In this document: in pieces, positions 28,128-38,119 of the stretch
Layout of the letters: each line of letters starts with the position of its first letter
Numbering within the stretch: the stretch's first letter is position 1
Program-made: the position numbers and the translations under genes
Notes under the pieces: generated by a model
The model's database searches: none
What the model was told of the DNA's origin: nothing
Seen by the model: only the letters and a program-made list of their open reading frames with translations
Source of the DNA: a virus
Strand: one strand, 5' to 3'
Length of the DNA stretch: 64,000 nucleotides
IMG/VR virus record: IMGVR_UViG_3300031774_000001

Positions 28128-30268
28128 AAAAATTATTATTTTTAGTATCGTTTCTAGTACTCTTCTGTACTAGTGTATTTTCTCAAACTGTAGGAACAGT
28201 TATAGGACAAATGGGTACAACTTGGAATGAAAGAGGTGGTCAAATCCAAAATACTACAATGGGTTATGAGTTGCAAATGTTTGACTTTCTACAAACTGGT
28301 GAAGATGGTGGTATGATATTAAAGTATGCTGATAATACTAAATTTACAATGGGACCAGGTACAGAATTAACTATTGATGAATATTCTTTTGATACTTCTG
28401 TTATACCAATTCAACTTGCAATGAACGTATCAGTTAATGTTGGTACATTTACATACGAATCAGGACAAGTATCTACTTTAGGTGGTGAAGTTAATATAAC
28501 TGCTGGTAATGCCACAATTACAGTACAAGGTACTGCTTTTTCAGGAACAGTTGACTCAATGGGTGGGGCAACAATTACTTTACTACCTGATAGTAATGGT
28601 GAAGTAGGACAAGTAACTGTATCTAATGACGCAGGTTCTCAAACAATAACTAACGCTTTCAATTCAGTAACCGTTATATCAAATGATTTAGCACCAACAC
28701 CTCCAAAAATAGAAACTAATAAACAAAATATTATTGAGTTAGATAAATTTGAAGAAGAAATAAAAGATGAATCACAAAAGACTTTTGGTGATGTAGAAAA
28801 AAAATCTGAAATGTCTAAAGAAGAAACTAAAGCACAGGAGATGGAAGAGGCAATCATTGCTGAAGAAGCAAATATAGTAGAAGATAATAATACAATTGTT
28901 GCTACAGACTTATCTGTTGGTGAAACAGACGCAATAATTGAAATGGAATCAGTAGAAGAAAGTAATTTAGTTGAAGTTATAGAAGAAGTTGATACATCTT
29001 ATTATGATTCCTGGGAAGAAGATTTAAAAGATTGGGGTTATATAGATGAAGATAATCAGATTTCAGTTTGGGATGCTGAAGGTGAACAAACTATGGATTG
29101 GGATGACGCAAAGAAAATGTATGCAGAAATGGATCAAGCATACTTTGACGCCATTGATTGTTCAGATTGTACTTGGGATACTATTAATTGGGATGAGGTA
29201 GATTGGGACGCAGTTGATTGGGATGCTTACTATGACGAGTATAATGAATTATTAGAAGCATATGGATTAACTTCTTGGGCAGTTGAAGAAGAAGAGGTTA
29301 ACGTAGTTGAAGAAACTAAAGAAGAAACAGAAGCTAGTACAGTTGAAGGATATACTTGGGAAGATTTTGCTTTAGATGATGACTACTATAACAATGCAGA
29401 ATACAAAGCGGCAGGTGGTCCTCCAACATTAACTGTACAAAACTATTGTGAGTACAATGGATACGAAGACTATTGGTGCAACCAAGACTATGTTGATTAC
29501 TTAAATGATTGGTATAAAAATGACTGGACTTTAAAAGTAACTAACGATAGTTGGACTAAAGAATCTAAAAAGATATGGGGTAAATTATATGGTTGGTGTG
29601 GTAGTTATCCTAATTATAAAATGTGTGAAAATCAACCTAGACCTTGGAAGATGAAAGACTTAAAAAATATGTATGTAACTGACTGGAGTTGGTCAGATTG
29701 GAGTACATATTGGGACGCAGTATATGATTGGTGGTACACAGGTTATGATTATAACAATGAAGATGACCAAAGTAATTGGGAAGATGAATATAATTATGAA
29801 GATGATTATGATATAGACGCAGAATTAGAATTGTTATTAGCAAGTTATGATAAAGAAGACTGTTTAAATTATGGATACTATTGGGACAATGCCAAGTCTA
29901 GTTGTGGTACTGAATGGGTAGACAATAGTGGTTCAGAAACGCAAGTAACTGCTAGTGGTGAAACATTAAACTATTCTACTGGAGATGTAACTCAAACCTT
30001 AACTACAACAGATGGTGTAACAGGTGCGACTTCAAGTGCAACTTCAACAGGAAGAGTATCAACGTTAGACAATGATTTTAATGCTCAAGCGTCAACTTCT
30101 GGTGATTACACAATCATAAATAGATATAACGACAACCATAGAGCTTATATAAAGACTGAAACGAGTAAAGAAGCAGATATACAGATTTTACAAGATTCAG
30201 AAGCTCAACACATTGACGTAGGGAATTCCACTACACAAAATAATATTACAATAATACAAACGGATTAA
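28124..30268 (+). CDS. secreted FecR-domain protein with long acidic Trp/Tyr-rich region
   Basis: Signal peptide; D.LQTGEDG...YADNT.FTMGP.TELTIDEY...ATITVQGTAF (FecR domain); ends NNITIIQTD. Confidence 0.85.
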   Translation: MKKLLFLVSFLVLFCTSVFSQTVGTVIGQMGTTWNERGGQIQNTTMGYELQMFDFLQTGEDGGMILKYADNTKFTMGPGTELTIDEYSFDTSVIPIQLAMNVSVNVGTFTYESGQVSTLGGEVNITAGNATITVQGTAFSGTVDSMGGATITLLPDSNGEVGQVTVSNDAGSQTITNAFNSVTVISNDLAPTPPKIETNKQNIIELDKFEEEIKDESQKTFGDVEKKSEMSKEETKAQEMEEAIIAEEANIVEDNNTIVATDLSVGETDAIIEMESVEESNLVEVIEEVDTSYYDSWEEDLKDWGYIDEDNQISVWDAEGEQTMDWDDAKKMYAEMDQAYFDAIDCSDCTWDTINWDEVDWDAVDWDAYYDEYNELLEAYGLTSWAVEEEEVNVVEETKEETEASTVEGYTWEDFALDDDYYNNAEYKAAGGPPTLTVQNYCEYNGYEDYWCNQDYVDYLNDWYKNDWTLKVTNDSWTKESKKIWGKLYGWCGSYPNYKMCENQPRPWKMKDLKNMYVTDWSWSDWSTYWDAVYDWWYTGYDYNNEDDQSNWEDEYNYEDDYDIDAELELLLASYDKEDCLNYGYYWDNAKSSCGTEWVDNSGSETQVTASGETLNYSTGDVTQTLTTTDGVTGATSSATSTGRVSTLDNDFNAQASTSGDYTIINRYNDNHRAYIKTETSKEADIQILQDSEAQHIDVGNSTTQNNITIIQTD

Positions 30269-30270
30269 AT

Positions 30271-30363
30271 ATGGACTACGGAACTATCAATTTATTCATA
30301 ATTTTTGGATTACTAATTTATATGGACTGGTCTATTTACAGATGGATAGATAGAGAATTCTAA
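30271..30363 (+). CDS. 30-aa TM peptide
   Basis: MDYGTINLFIIFGLLIYMDWSIYRWIDREF; TAATG coupling. Confidence 0.45.
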   Translation: MDYGTINLFIIFGLLIYMDWSIYRWIDREF

Positions 30364-30776
30364 TGCCTGATTTACAAGTAGATATAGCAAAACTAAAAAA
30401 AGATATAGAGCAGGTCAATAATATCAATTCACGTTTAGACACAGCAATAGATAAATTAACAGATGTTTCAACGTCTATTAAGTCTATGTTGGCTGTACAC
30501 TCCGAAAAAATTGCTAGACAAGAACAAGTTGATGAAATAATATTTGAGAAACTTAAAGATAGAGCAGGTGAAATAGACAAAGTAAAATCAGATTTATCTA
30601 GTGAATTATACAACGTAGAAAAAAGACTATTATTAGAGATTAAAGCAATAAGAGTAGATATAGGTCAAAGAGTTGGTATGTTAGAAAAATACAGATGGAT
30701 TATACTAGGTGGTGCTATAGTAATAGGATGGATAGTATCTAATAATTTTGAAGCAATAATGAAGCTAATGAACTAG
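30363..30776 (+). CDS. coiled-coil protein with C-terminal TM helix, next to primase
   Basis: LDTAIDKLTDVS...LAVH; LEKYRW then TM. Confidence 0.7.
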   Translation: MPDLQVDIAKLKKDIEQVNNINSRLDTAIDKLTDVSTSIKSMLAVHSEKIARQEQVDEIIFEKLKDRAGEIDKVKSDLSSELYNVEKRLLLEIKAIRVDIGQRVGMLEKYRWIILGGAIVIGWIVSNNFEAIMKLMN

Positions 30777-30794
30777 AGAAAAATTGTTAGCTTT

Positions 30795-30825
30795 TAGCCC
30801 TGGAAAATACGCAGGCTATTTTTTT
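30795..30825 (+). terminator. probable intrinsic terminator
   Basis: TAGCC(C)TG...CAGGCTA stem followed by T7. Confidence 0.55.
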
Positions 30826-30849
30826 GTTATGGACCTTTTTCGTACAGAC

Positions 30850-30878
30850 TTGACTATTTTTGTTAAATGATGTATATT
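30850..30878 (+). promoter_or_regulatory. sigma70-type promoter for primase-nrd genes
   Basis: TTGACT-17nt-TATATT. Confidence 0.65.
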
Positions 30879-30891
30879 ATGAGATAGTGTT

Positions 30892-31887
30892 ATGTCAAGT
30901 TATATAGATTTAAAGTATATTAATTCAATCTCTTCAGGATTGGATAAGTTTAAAAAGAAAACAGATTATCTTTTCAATTTTAGGTGTCCACATTGTGGAG
31001 ACTCACAGAAAAGTAAGACTAAAGCAAGAGCATATCTTTATAGAGTAAAAAACGATATGTTCTTTAAATGCCACAATTGTGGTATGGGTCAGAATTTAGC
31101 AAATTTCATTAAATTCTTGGATCCTAAAAAATACGGAGAATACTTATTAGAGAGATACAAGGGATCGGCACCATCCACGCCCCAACCTAAATTTGACTTT
31201 AAACCTACAAAATTTGAAGAAACAAATTTATTAGATTCCTGTACTAAAGTAAGTACGTTAAAAGACGGACATCCTGTAAAGGAGTACGTAAAGAAAAGAT
31301 TGATACCTCCACAATATTATGAGATAATTTATTTTGTTGACAAATTTCACAATTTTGCCAATAAAGTGAAACCAGGAACTTTTAAAGAAAGATATGAACA
31401 CCCTAGATTAATTATACCTTTCTTTGATGTAACTGGTAAGTTGTTTGCATTTCAAGGCAGAGCTTTTGGAAAAGAACAACCAAAATATGTTACTATTAAA
31501 CTTGATGAAACAAAACAAAAAGTATATGGACTTGAACGTGTAAATTATCAAAAACATATTTACATAGTTGAAGGACCACTTGATAGTTTGTTTTTAGATA
31601 ATTGTTTAGCGGCAGGTGGTGCTGACTTAACATTGAGAGTGTCAAGTGACCAAGTTACATATATATTTGACAACGAACCTCGTAATAAAGAAATCATAAA
31701 AAGGATGTACGCAGTAGTTGAAAAGGATTACAACGTAGTTGTTTGGCCAAATGATGTGCAACTTAAAGATGTAAATGAAATGATTATGAGTGGTATGAAA
31801 AGAGAAGAGTTAATAGATATTATAAGTAAGAATACATTTAGCAAATTAGAGGCATTAACGAAATTAAACTATTATAAGAAATGTTAG
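30892..31887 (+). CDS. gp61: DNA primase
   Basis: Zn finger RCPHCGDS...CHNC; TOPRIM EGPLDS, FDNEPRN, KDVN. Confidence 0.95.
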   Translation: MSSYIDLKYINSISSGLDKFKKKTDYLFNFRCPHCGDSQKSKTKARAYLYRVKNDMFFKCHNCGMGQNLANFIKFLDPKKYGEYLLERYKGSAPSTPQPKFDFKPTKFEETNLLDSCTKVSTLKDGHPVKEYVKKRLIPPQYYEIIYFVDKFHNFANKVKPGTFKERYEHPRLIIPFFDVTGKLFAFQGRAFGKEQPKYVTIKLDETKQKVYGLERVNYQKHIYIVEGPLDSLFLDNCLAAGGADLTLRVSSDQVTYIFDNEPRNKEIIKRMYAVVEKDYNVVVWPNDVQLKDVNEMIMSGMKREELIDIISKNTFSKLEALTKLNYYKKC

Positions 31888-31903
31888 GAGTGTGTAAATA
31901 AAA

Positions 31904-34219
31904 ATGGTGAATGAGAATATAAGTGTAGTGAAGCGAAATGGTAGAGGTAAGGAATCTCTAAACATTGAAAAGATACATCAAATGGTAGAATATGCGTGTG
32001 AAGACATAACGCAAGTTTCTGCTTCTTCTGTAGAAATGAATAGTGGTCTACAATTTTATGATGGCATATCAACAAACGAAATTCAACAAATCTTAATTAA
32101 ATCAGCAAACGATTTAATCACTTTAGAAAATCCAAATTATCAATATGTTGCCGCTAGACTATTACTCTATAGTTTAAGAAAACAACTATTTCATAAAATG
32201 TGGGATCATCCACATATTTACGACCACGCAAAAAAATGCATTGAGTTAGGTGTTTATGATAAAGAAGTTTTAAATTGGTATGATAAAAAAGATTTTGATA
32301 GAATGGAAAATTGGTTAAATCACGAAAGAGATTATACTTTTACATATGCAGGTTTAAGACAAGTCATTGACAAATATCTAGTGCAAGATAGAAGTACAGG
32401 ACAAATTTTTGAAACACCACAATTTATGTATATGATGATATCTGCTACATTATTTGCAAAATACCCAAAGAACAAAAGGATGAGTTATGTTAAAAAATAT
32501 TATGACGCTATTTCACGTTTTAAAATCAATATTCCAACACCTGTTATGGCTGGTGTACGAACTCCTATTAGGCAGTATGCGAGTTGTGTCTTGGTGGATG
32601 TTGATGATACTTTGTCTAGTATCTTTTCTAGTGATATGGCCATTGGTAAGTATGTTGCCCAAAGAGCAGGAATTGGTATCAATGCAGGAAGAATTAGAGG
32701 GATCAACTCACGTATTAGAGGTGGCGAAGTACAACATACTGGCGTTATTCCTTTTCTTAAAAAATTTGAAGCAACTGTTAAGTGTTGTACTCAAAACGGA
32801 GTACGAGGAGGGTCGGCAACTGTTCACTTCCCTATTTGGCACAAAGAAATAGAAGATATAATTGTTTTAAAAAATAATAAAGGTAGTGAAGATAATAGAG
32901 TAAGAAAATTAGATTACTCTATACAGTTATCAAAATTATTTTATGAAAGATTTATTAATGATGAAGAGATAACTTTATTTTCACCACACGAAGTACCAGA
33001 ATTGTATGAAGCGTGGGGAACAAAAGAATTTGACGAACTATATACAACGGCAGAAAGAAAAACTAGTGTATGGAAAACTAAAATATCAGCACAACAATTG
33101 TTTATGGCAATTTTAAAAGAAAGAGCAGAAACAGGTCGTATTTACATTATGAATATAGACCATTGTAATACACACTCTAGTTTTAAAGATAGAGTTTATA
33201 TGTCTAACTTATGTCAAGAGATTACTTTACCTACAGACCCAATAAGTCATATAGATGGTGAAGGAGAAATTGCATTATGTATTTTATCAGCAGTTAATGT
33301 AGGACTTTTAAAAGATTTAGATGAATTAGAAACCTTATGCGATTTAGCAGTAAGGTCATTAGACGAAGTTATAGACCATCAAAGATATCCAGTTAAAGCG
33401 GCAGAAATTTCTACAAAAAGACGAAGAAGTTTAGGAATTGGATATATAGGTCTTGCTCACTACTTAGCAACATTAGGACTTGGTTATGAAACTAAAACTG
33501 CTTGGAAAGAAGTAGATAAGTTATCAGAAGCATTCCAGTATTATCTATTAAAATCTAGTAATGAATTAGCAAAAGAAAAAGGCAAGTGCGAAGCATTTGA
33601 CAAAACAAAGTATTCAGATGGTATCTTACCAATAGACACCTACAAAAAAGAAGTTGATGAGATTGTATCTCGGAAACTTTCATATAAATGGGAAGACTTG
33701 AGGAAAGATATTAAGGAATTTGGGTTAAGACATAGCACACTCACGGCTCAAATGCCTTCTGAAAGCTCTAGTGTGGTTTGTAATGCCACAAACGGCATTG
33801 AACCACCTAGAGATTATATTTCAGTTAAGAAGAGTAAGAAAGGTACTTTAAAACAAGTTGTACCTGATTACAAAAGATTAAAAAATAATTATACGTTATT
33901 ATGGGATATGAAAAGTAATGAAGGATATATAAACATAGTAGCAGTAATGCAAAAATATTTTGACCAATCAATTAGTGGTAATTGGTCATATAATCCTGAA
34001 AATTATGATGAAGGAGAAATACCTTTATCAATAATGGCAGAAGATTTATTAACAACTTATAAATTAGGTTGGAAGACTTCTTATTATCAAAACACATATG
34101 ATAGTAAGAAAGATGTTGAGGAACCTGTACATCCTATCGGTTGGAAAGATGATGTACCAGAATCTAAAACTATAACGGAGATAAAAGACGAAGAAGAATG
34201 TGAAACCTGTGTAATTTAA
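31904..34219 (+). CDS. nrdA: class Ia ribonucleotide reductase alpha subunit
   Basis: ATP cone VVKRNG, QYASCVL, SNLCQEI, KTSYY, C-terminal CETC. Confidence 0.97.
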   Translation: MVNENISVVKRNGRGKESLNIEKIHQMVEYACEDITQVSASSVEMNSGLQFYDGISTNEIQQILIKSANDLITLENPNYQYVAARLLLYSLRKQLFHKMWDHPHIYDHAKKCIELGVYDKEVLNWYDKKDFDRMENWLNHERDYTFTYAGLRQVIDKYLVQDRSTGQIFETPQFMYMMISATLFAKYPKNKRMSYVKKYYDAISRFKINIPTPVMAGVRTPIRQYASCVLVDVDDTLSSIFSSDMAIGKYVAQRAGIGINAGRIRGINSRIRGGEVQHTGVIPFLKKFEATVKCCTQNGVRGGSATVHFPIWHKEIEDIIVLKNNKGSEDNRVRKLDYSIQLSKLFYERFINDEEITLFSPHEVPELYEAWGTKEFDELYTTAERKTSVWKTKISAQQLFMAILKERAETGRIYIMNIDHCNTHSSFKDRVYMSNLCQEITLPTDPISHIDGEGEIALCILSAVNVGLLKDLDELETLCDLAVRSLDEVIDHQRYPVKAAEISTKRRRSLGIGYIGLAHYLATLGLGYETKTAWKEVDKLSEAFQYYLLKSSNELAKEKGKCEAFDKTKYSDGILPIDTYKKEVDEIVSRKLSYKWEDLRKDIKEFGLRHSTLTAQMPSESSSVVCNATNGIEPPRDYISVKKSKKGTLKQVVPDYKRLKNNYTLLWDMKSNEGYINIVAVMQKYFDQSISGNWSYNPENYDEGEIPLSIMAEDLLTTYKLGWKTSYYQNTYDSKKDVEEPVHPIGWKDDVPESKTITEIKDEEECETCVI

Positions 34220-34228
34220 AGGAGCCAA

Positions 34229-34900
34229 ATGGCGTTTTTATGTGCAAATGTTCCTCATATAGAGGTACTAGTTAAAAAACAATACCTTTACGATTTGAAG
34301 AAAGGTCACGGAGAGTTTGAACCAGGTATCTGGTGTACAGTTAAAAGTATTCAAGGTAGAGCATTATATTTTGAAACATATCTGTATGAAAGCGGAGCAT
34401 TATATGATAAGTTGCCTATAAATGCTTTTGTATGGAAAGAAACGAAAGAGGATATAAAATTGAGTGAATTACAGTTATGGGATTGTTTTGATTATGATAT
34501 ATCAGTTATTGAGAAACAATTAGTAAGTGGAAATAGATGTACATATTTGTCGCCATCTAAAAAAATGTTTGAAGGAAATTATATGTTTAGTATAGATAGT
34601 TGTAGTGCAACGAATAAAGAGTTGAACGTAGGATATAGTGAAACTCCTTCTCAACATAAATCATTTAACATAATAAAATTAGATAATGGTCATTTTGCCG
34701 CTCAACCAAACAATAGAGTTTTATTTTATGACAAGTCTTTAACACCAAGTAAACCAAAAAGACCTGATTATAAAGTATCTACTAGAGAATATAGTGTAGA
34801 TAATATTGATAAATGGACAGCAGGTGATAGTGATGAACACCATTATAAATTAACAGAATCAGAAAGATTACAAAACGAGTTAGAACCAATAAATGACTAA
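34229..34900 (+). CDS. conserved phage hypothetical protein between nrdA and nrdB
   Basis: LQLWDCF, QHKSFN, NGHFAAQPNNR. Confidence 0.75.
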   Translation: MAFLCANVPHIEVLVKKQYLYDLKKGHGEFEPGIWCTVKSIQGRALYFETYLYESGALYDKLPINAFVWKETKEDIKLSELQLWDCFDYDISVIEKQLVSGNRCTYLSPSKKMFEGNYMFSIDSCSATNKELNVGYSETPSQHKSFNIIKLDNGHFAAQPNNRVLFYDKSLTPSKPKRPDYKVSTREYSVDNIDKWTAGDSDEHHYKLTESERLQNELEPIND

Positions 34901-35996
34901 AAGCGTATTTAATACAGAAAAAAAATTAGACTATACTAAACAACCTATGTTTTTTGGTCAAGATTTACAAGTACAAAGATATGATGAAATGAAATATCCT
35001 ATCTTTAATAAACTCTTTCAACAACAATTAGGTTACTTCTGGAGACCAGAAGAAGTATCTTTACAGAAAGATATATCAGACTATAAAGAGTTAAATGAAC
35101 AACAAAAGTTTATCTTTACATCTAATTTAAAATATCAAACAATGATGGATAGTGTGCAAGGACGAGGACCGGCTTTAGCATTTTTACCTTTTGTTTCAAT
35201 ACCTGAATTAGAGAGTTGTGTTCTTGCGTGGGACTTTTTTGAAAACATACACTCTCACTCATATACATATATCATTAAAAATTTATATTCAAATCCTAGT
35301 GAAGTTTTTGATACTATAATTTCAGATGAAAAGATTGAGAAAAGAGCAATTAGTATAACACAAAGATATGATGATATGATAAATTTAGGTTATAAATGGC
35401 AATTAAAACCAGATAGTGTTGATATGTATGAGTTGAAAAAGAAATTATATTTAACATTGATGACTGTTAATATATTAGAAGGATTAAGATTTTATGTTTC
35501 TTTTGCGTGTTCGTTTGCATTTGGAGAATTAAAAATGTTAGAAGGTTCTGCTAAAATATTATCATTAATAGCACGTGATGAAACTTTACATTTATCAATC
35601 TCACAAAGAATACTTAATAACTATCGTGATAATGAAAATGATAGAATTATGAATAAAGTGATGAAAGATACAGAAAAAGAAGTTTATACAATGTATGAAA
35701 ATGCAGTAGGACAAGAGAAACGTTGGGCGACTTATTTGTTCTCTAAAGGTTCTATGATAGGATTATCAGAAAAACTATTACATCAATTTGTAGAGTATAT
35801 GGCAAATAGACGTATGAGAGCAATAGGATTAGAACCACAATATGACCAAAAAGTAAATCCATTACCTTGGGTTGACCATTGGTTAAATAGTAGGTCATTA
35901 CAAAATGCACCACAGGAAACAGAAATTGAAAGTTATGTCATAGGTGGCATTAAACAAGATGTACAAAAGGATCAGTTTAAGAAATTTAAATTATAA
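34893..35996 (+). CDS. nrdB: class Ia ribonucleotide reductase beta subunit
   Basis: FWRPEEV, ENIHSHSY, LEGLRFYVSF, ARDETLH, APQETEIESY. Confidence 0.97.
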   Translation: MTKSVFNTEKKLDYTKQPMFFGQDLQVQRYDEMKYPIFNKLFQQQLGYFWRPEEVSLQKDISDYKELNEQQKFIFTSNLKYQTMMDSVQGRGPALAFLPFVSIPELESCVLAWDFFENIHSHSYTYIIKNLYSNPSEVFDTIISDEKIEKRAISITQRYDDMINLGYKWQLKPDSVDMYELKKKLYLTLMTVNILEGLRFYVSFACSFAFGELKMLEGSAKILSLIARDETLHLSISQRILNNYRDNENDRIMNKVMKDTEKEVYTMYENAVGQEKRWATYLFSKGSMIGLSEKLLHQFVEYMANRRMRAIGLEPQYDQKVNPLPWVDHWLNSRSLQNAPQETEIESYVIGGIKQDVQKDQFKKFKL

Positions 35997-36010
35997 AAAA
36001 GTATATTATT

Positions 36011-36193
36011 ATGGAAGATGAAATAGTAAAGAGTATTAGGTTAAGTTGTGGCAATTGCAAGGTGACTTATACTATAAAGTATGATGAAGAAGAAACAGAT
36101 ATGAAACCTATGTCTTGTCCATTTTGTAGTTATGAAATAGATGAAGAAGAAGATGATATTGGAGATGAAAATGAAGAAACTAGTTGGGATTGA
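36011..36193 (+). CDS. small zinc-ribbon protein
   Basis: CGNC...CPFC, acidic tail. Confidence 0.7.
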   Translation: MEDEIVKSIRLSCGNCKVTYTIKYDEEETDMKPMSCPFCSYEIDEEEDDIGDENEETSWD

Positions 36194-36728
36194 TTATAGT
36201 TTAACAAGTCCTGCCATATGTGTTACAGATGACTTTAAGTTTGAAAATAGTCATTTCTATTTTCTTACTAATAAGAAAAAACATATGGGCAAATTTGGTA
36301 ATATAATTGGTTATGAACATCAACCTTATACAGACCCTATCCAAAGATTTACTCAAATTTCTGATTGGGTTTTAAAAGTATTAAAATTAAATCACTCTAA
36401 AGACAATATAGATACATTAGCAATAGCAATAGAAAACTATTCTTATGGTTCTAAAGGTCAAGCATTATTTCAAATAGCAGAAAATTGTGGCATACTTAAA
36501 TATAGATTAGCAGAACAAAAATACAAATATAGTGTTATTGTACCAAGTGTTGTTAAGAAACTTGCTACAGGTAAGGGTAATGCAGATAAAGAAATGATGT
36601 ATGAACAATTTTCTAAAGATACAAAAACAGATTTAAAGAAATTATTAGACACAACAAAAGCAGGCAATCCAGTATCAGATATAGTTGATAGTTGGTATAT
36701 AGCAAAGGCACATTATGGGCGACTTTAA
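36171..36728 (+). CDS. RuvC-like Holliday junction resolvase
   Basis: GIDYSLTSPA, IENYSY, VKKLATGKGNADK, SDIVDS. Confidence 0.85.
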   Translation: MKKLVGIDYSLTSPAICVTDDFKFENSHFYFLTNKKKHMGKFGNIIGYEHQPYTDPIQRFTQISDWVLKVLKLNHSKDNIDTLAIAIENYSYGSKGQALFQIAENCGILKYRLAEQKYKYSVIVPSVVKKLATGKGNADKEMMYEQFSKDTKTDLKKLLDTTKAGNPVSDIVDSWYIAKAHYGRL

Positions 36729-37032
36729 AATATTAATACTTGCATATCTAATTGGGCATAGTCCAATAGAAACACAACAAACTTTTCAAATGGAAGGTTG
36801 GTATAAAAGTATGGAAGAGTGTAAAAAAGAATTACTTTTACAAAAACCAGATGGAAGATACGAAGTGATGAACGAGTTTGTTGTAGATGGAGAGTTTAAA
36901 TGGGATTGGTTAGTTGCAGGTTGCAAAAGTGATACAACAGGAGAAGAATTCCAGATTTGGCCTGACTACCCTAAAGGTAAACCAAAAGAGTTAGAAGGCA
37001 TTGAGTTTGATGTTTTTGAATTAAATATATGA
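36715..37032 (+). CDS. hypothetical, possibly secreted
   Basis: Hydrophobic N-terminus, two Cys. Confidence 0.6.
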   Translation: MGDFKILILAYLIGHSPIETQQTFQMEGWYKSMEECKKELLLQKPDGRYEVMNEFVVDGEFKWDWLVAGCKSDTTGEEFQIWPDYPKGKPKELEGIEFDVFELNI

Positions 37033-37472
37033 AATTATTAAAAGCAAGACAATATGTAATCTGTCAACACGCACCATTAAAAGGAATAAAACCTAAAGTT
37101 ACAATAGTGCCTGTTAAAGATATAATGTTAACTGCTGATTATGAATGGATGATAAAAAGATATCCTGCTTTTAAAACTAGTATTGAAAGTGCAGGTATGA
37201 AGTTTCCTATTATCTATACAGATTTAGAACATTATTGGTTGAAAAGAAGATGGAAGAAAGACGAAGAAGGAAATTGTATACCTGGTTTATCAGTACATAC
37301 AGGTAATAAAAGAGTGTATTGGGCAAAGAGAAATGGGTTTACCCATATAGAAGGATACTTTGTTAATAATAAAGATGAACAAGCGGCAATAGTTAGACAA
37401 ACATTTTTAGCACCTGCTAGTTTTCCAACTACAAATGCTCGTGCATATCAAGAGGAGGTTAATAAAATATGA
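37029..37472 (+). CDS. hypothetical, weak ParB/Srx-like
   Basis: SI...GMKFPI...TGNKR pattern. Confidence 0.45.
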   Translation: MKLLKARQYVICQHAPLKGIKPKVTIVPVKDIMLTADYEWMIKRYPAFKTSIESAGMKFPIIYTDLEHYWLKRRWKKDEEGNCIPGLSVHTGNKRVYWAKRNGFTHIEGYFVNNKDEQAAIVRQTFLAPASFPTTNARAYQEEVNKI

Positions 37473-38119
37473 CTTTACCAGATTTAGCTAATTTTTCACC
37501 AGATGAATTAGACAATTTTGCTCAAAATAATTTTATGATATATAATTGGGCAATGCCACCTGAAGATTGTGAAATGATTATTAAGAAATTTGAACAGGTA
37601 GTCAAATATGATAAAACACAGGTAGATGAATTTAAGACTGGTCGTAAAAACTTTACTGAAATAGATATAGACAAATATGGTGATTCAGATTTTTGGAGAG
37701 AACCTAAAAAGAAATTTGTTGCAATGATGGAAGAATATAAAACAAGATTTATGAAAAATTTGGCTATAAAGGATATTCATTTTCCACCAGTAATAGATAT
37801 GGAAAATATAAGAATAAAAAAATATATGCCTAATGACGAAGACCAATTTAAAGTCCACGTAGATGTTGTTCGTTCTATGGGTGATTCAGCAAAAAGATTT
37901 TTAGTTTTTATATTATATCTTAATGATGTTGAAGATGGTGGTCATACAATGTTTCCAAAACCTAATATATGGGTAAAACCAAGAGCAGGAAGATTGTTAG
38001 TGTTTCCACCTTTTTGGACTCACCCACACGCAGGATTAAAACCATTAAGTGGTCCAAAATATGTTATGATGTCTTATTTACATTATGGGGACGCAGATGA
38101 TCCGAGGTATAAAAAATAA
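37469..38119 (+). CDS. 2OG-Fe(II) oxygenase (prolyl-hydroxylase-like)
   Basis: HVD, YLNDVEDGG.T.F, FPPFWTHPH, K. Confidence 0.88.
   Translation: MTLPDLANFSPDELDNFAQNNFMIYNWAMPPEDCEMIIKKFEQVVKYDKTQVDEFKTGRKNFTEIDIDKYGDSDFWREPKKKFVAMMEEYKTRFMKNLAIKDIHFPPVIDMENIRIKKYMPNDEDQFKVHVDVVRSMGDSAKRFLVFILYLNDVEDGGHTMFPKPNIWVKPRAGRLLVFPPFWTHPHAGLKPLSGPKYVMMSYLHYGDADDPRYKK

Noticed and set aside
29090-29230. GATTGGGA-like nucleotide repeats that could suggest a CRISPR or tandem array
   Set aside because: They are degenerate codons of the DW peptide repeat inside the FecR ORF; there are no constant repeats with spacers
22212-30268. Host-DNA contamination explaining the fdh, cyclase and curli genes
   Set aside because: The genes are coupled to phage ORFs, carry T4 late-promoter motifs and share the window's CATG/GATC avoidance; read-level confirmation is still advisable
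31904-35996. Possible introns, inteins or homing endonuclease in nrdA/nrdB, gp43 or gp41
   Set aside because: The ORFs are continuous and of normal length; the gene between nrdA and nrdB has no HNH, GIY-YIG or LAGLIDADG motif
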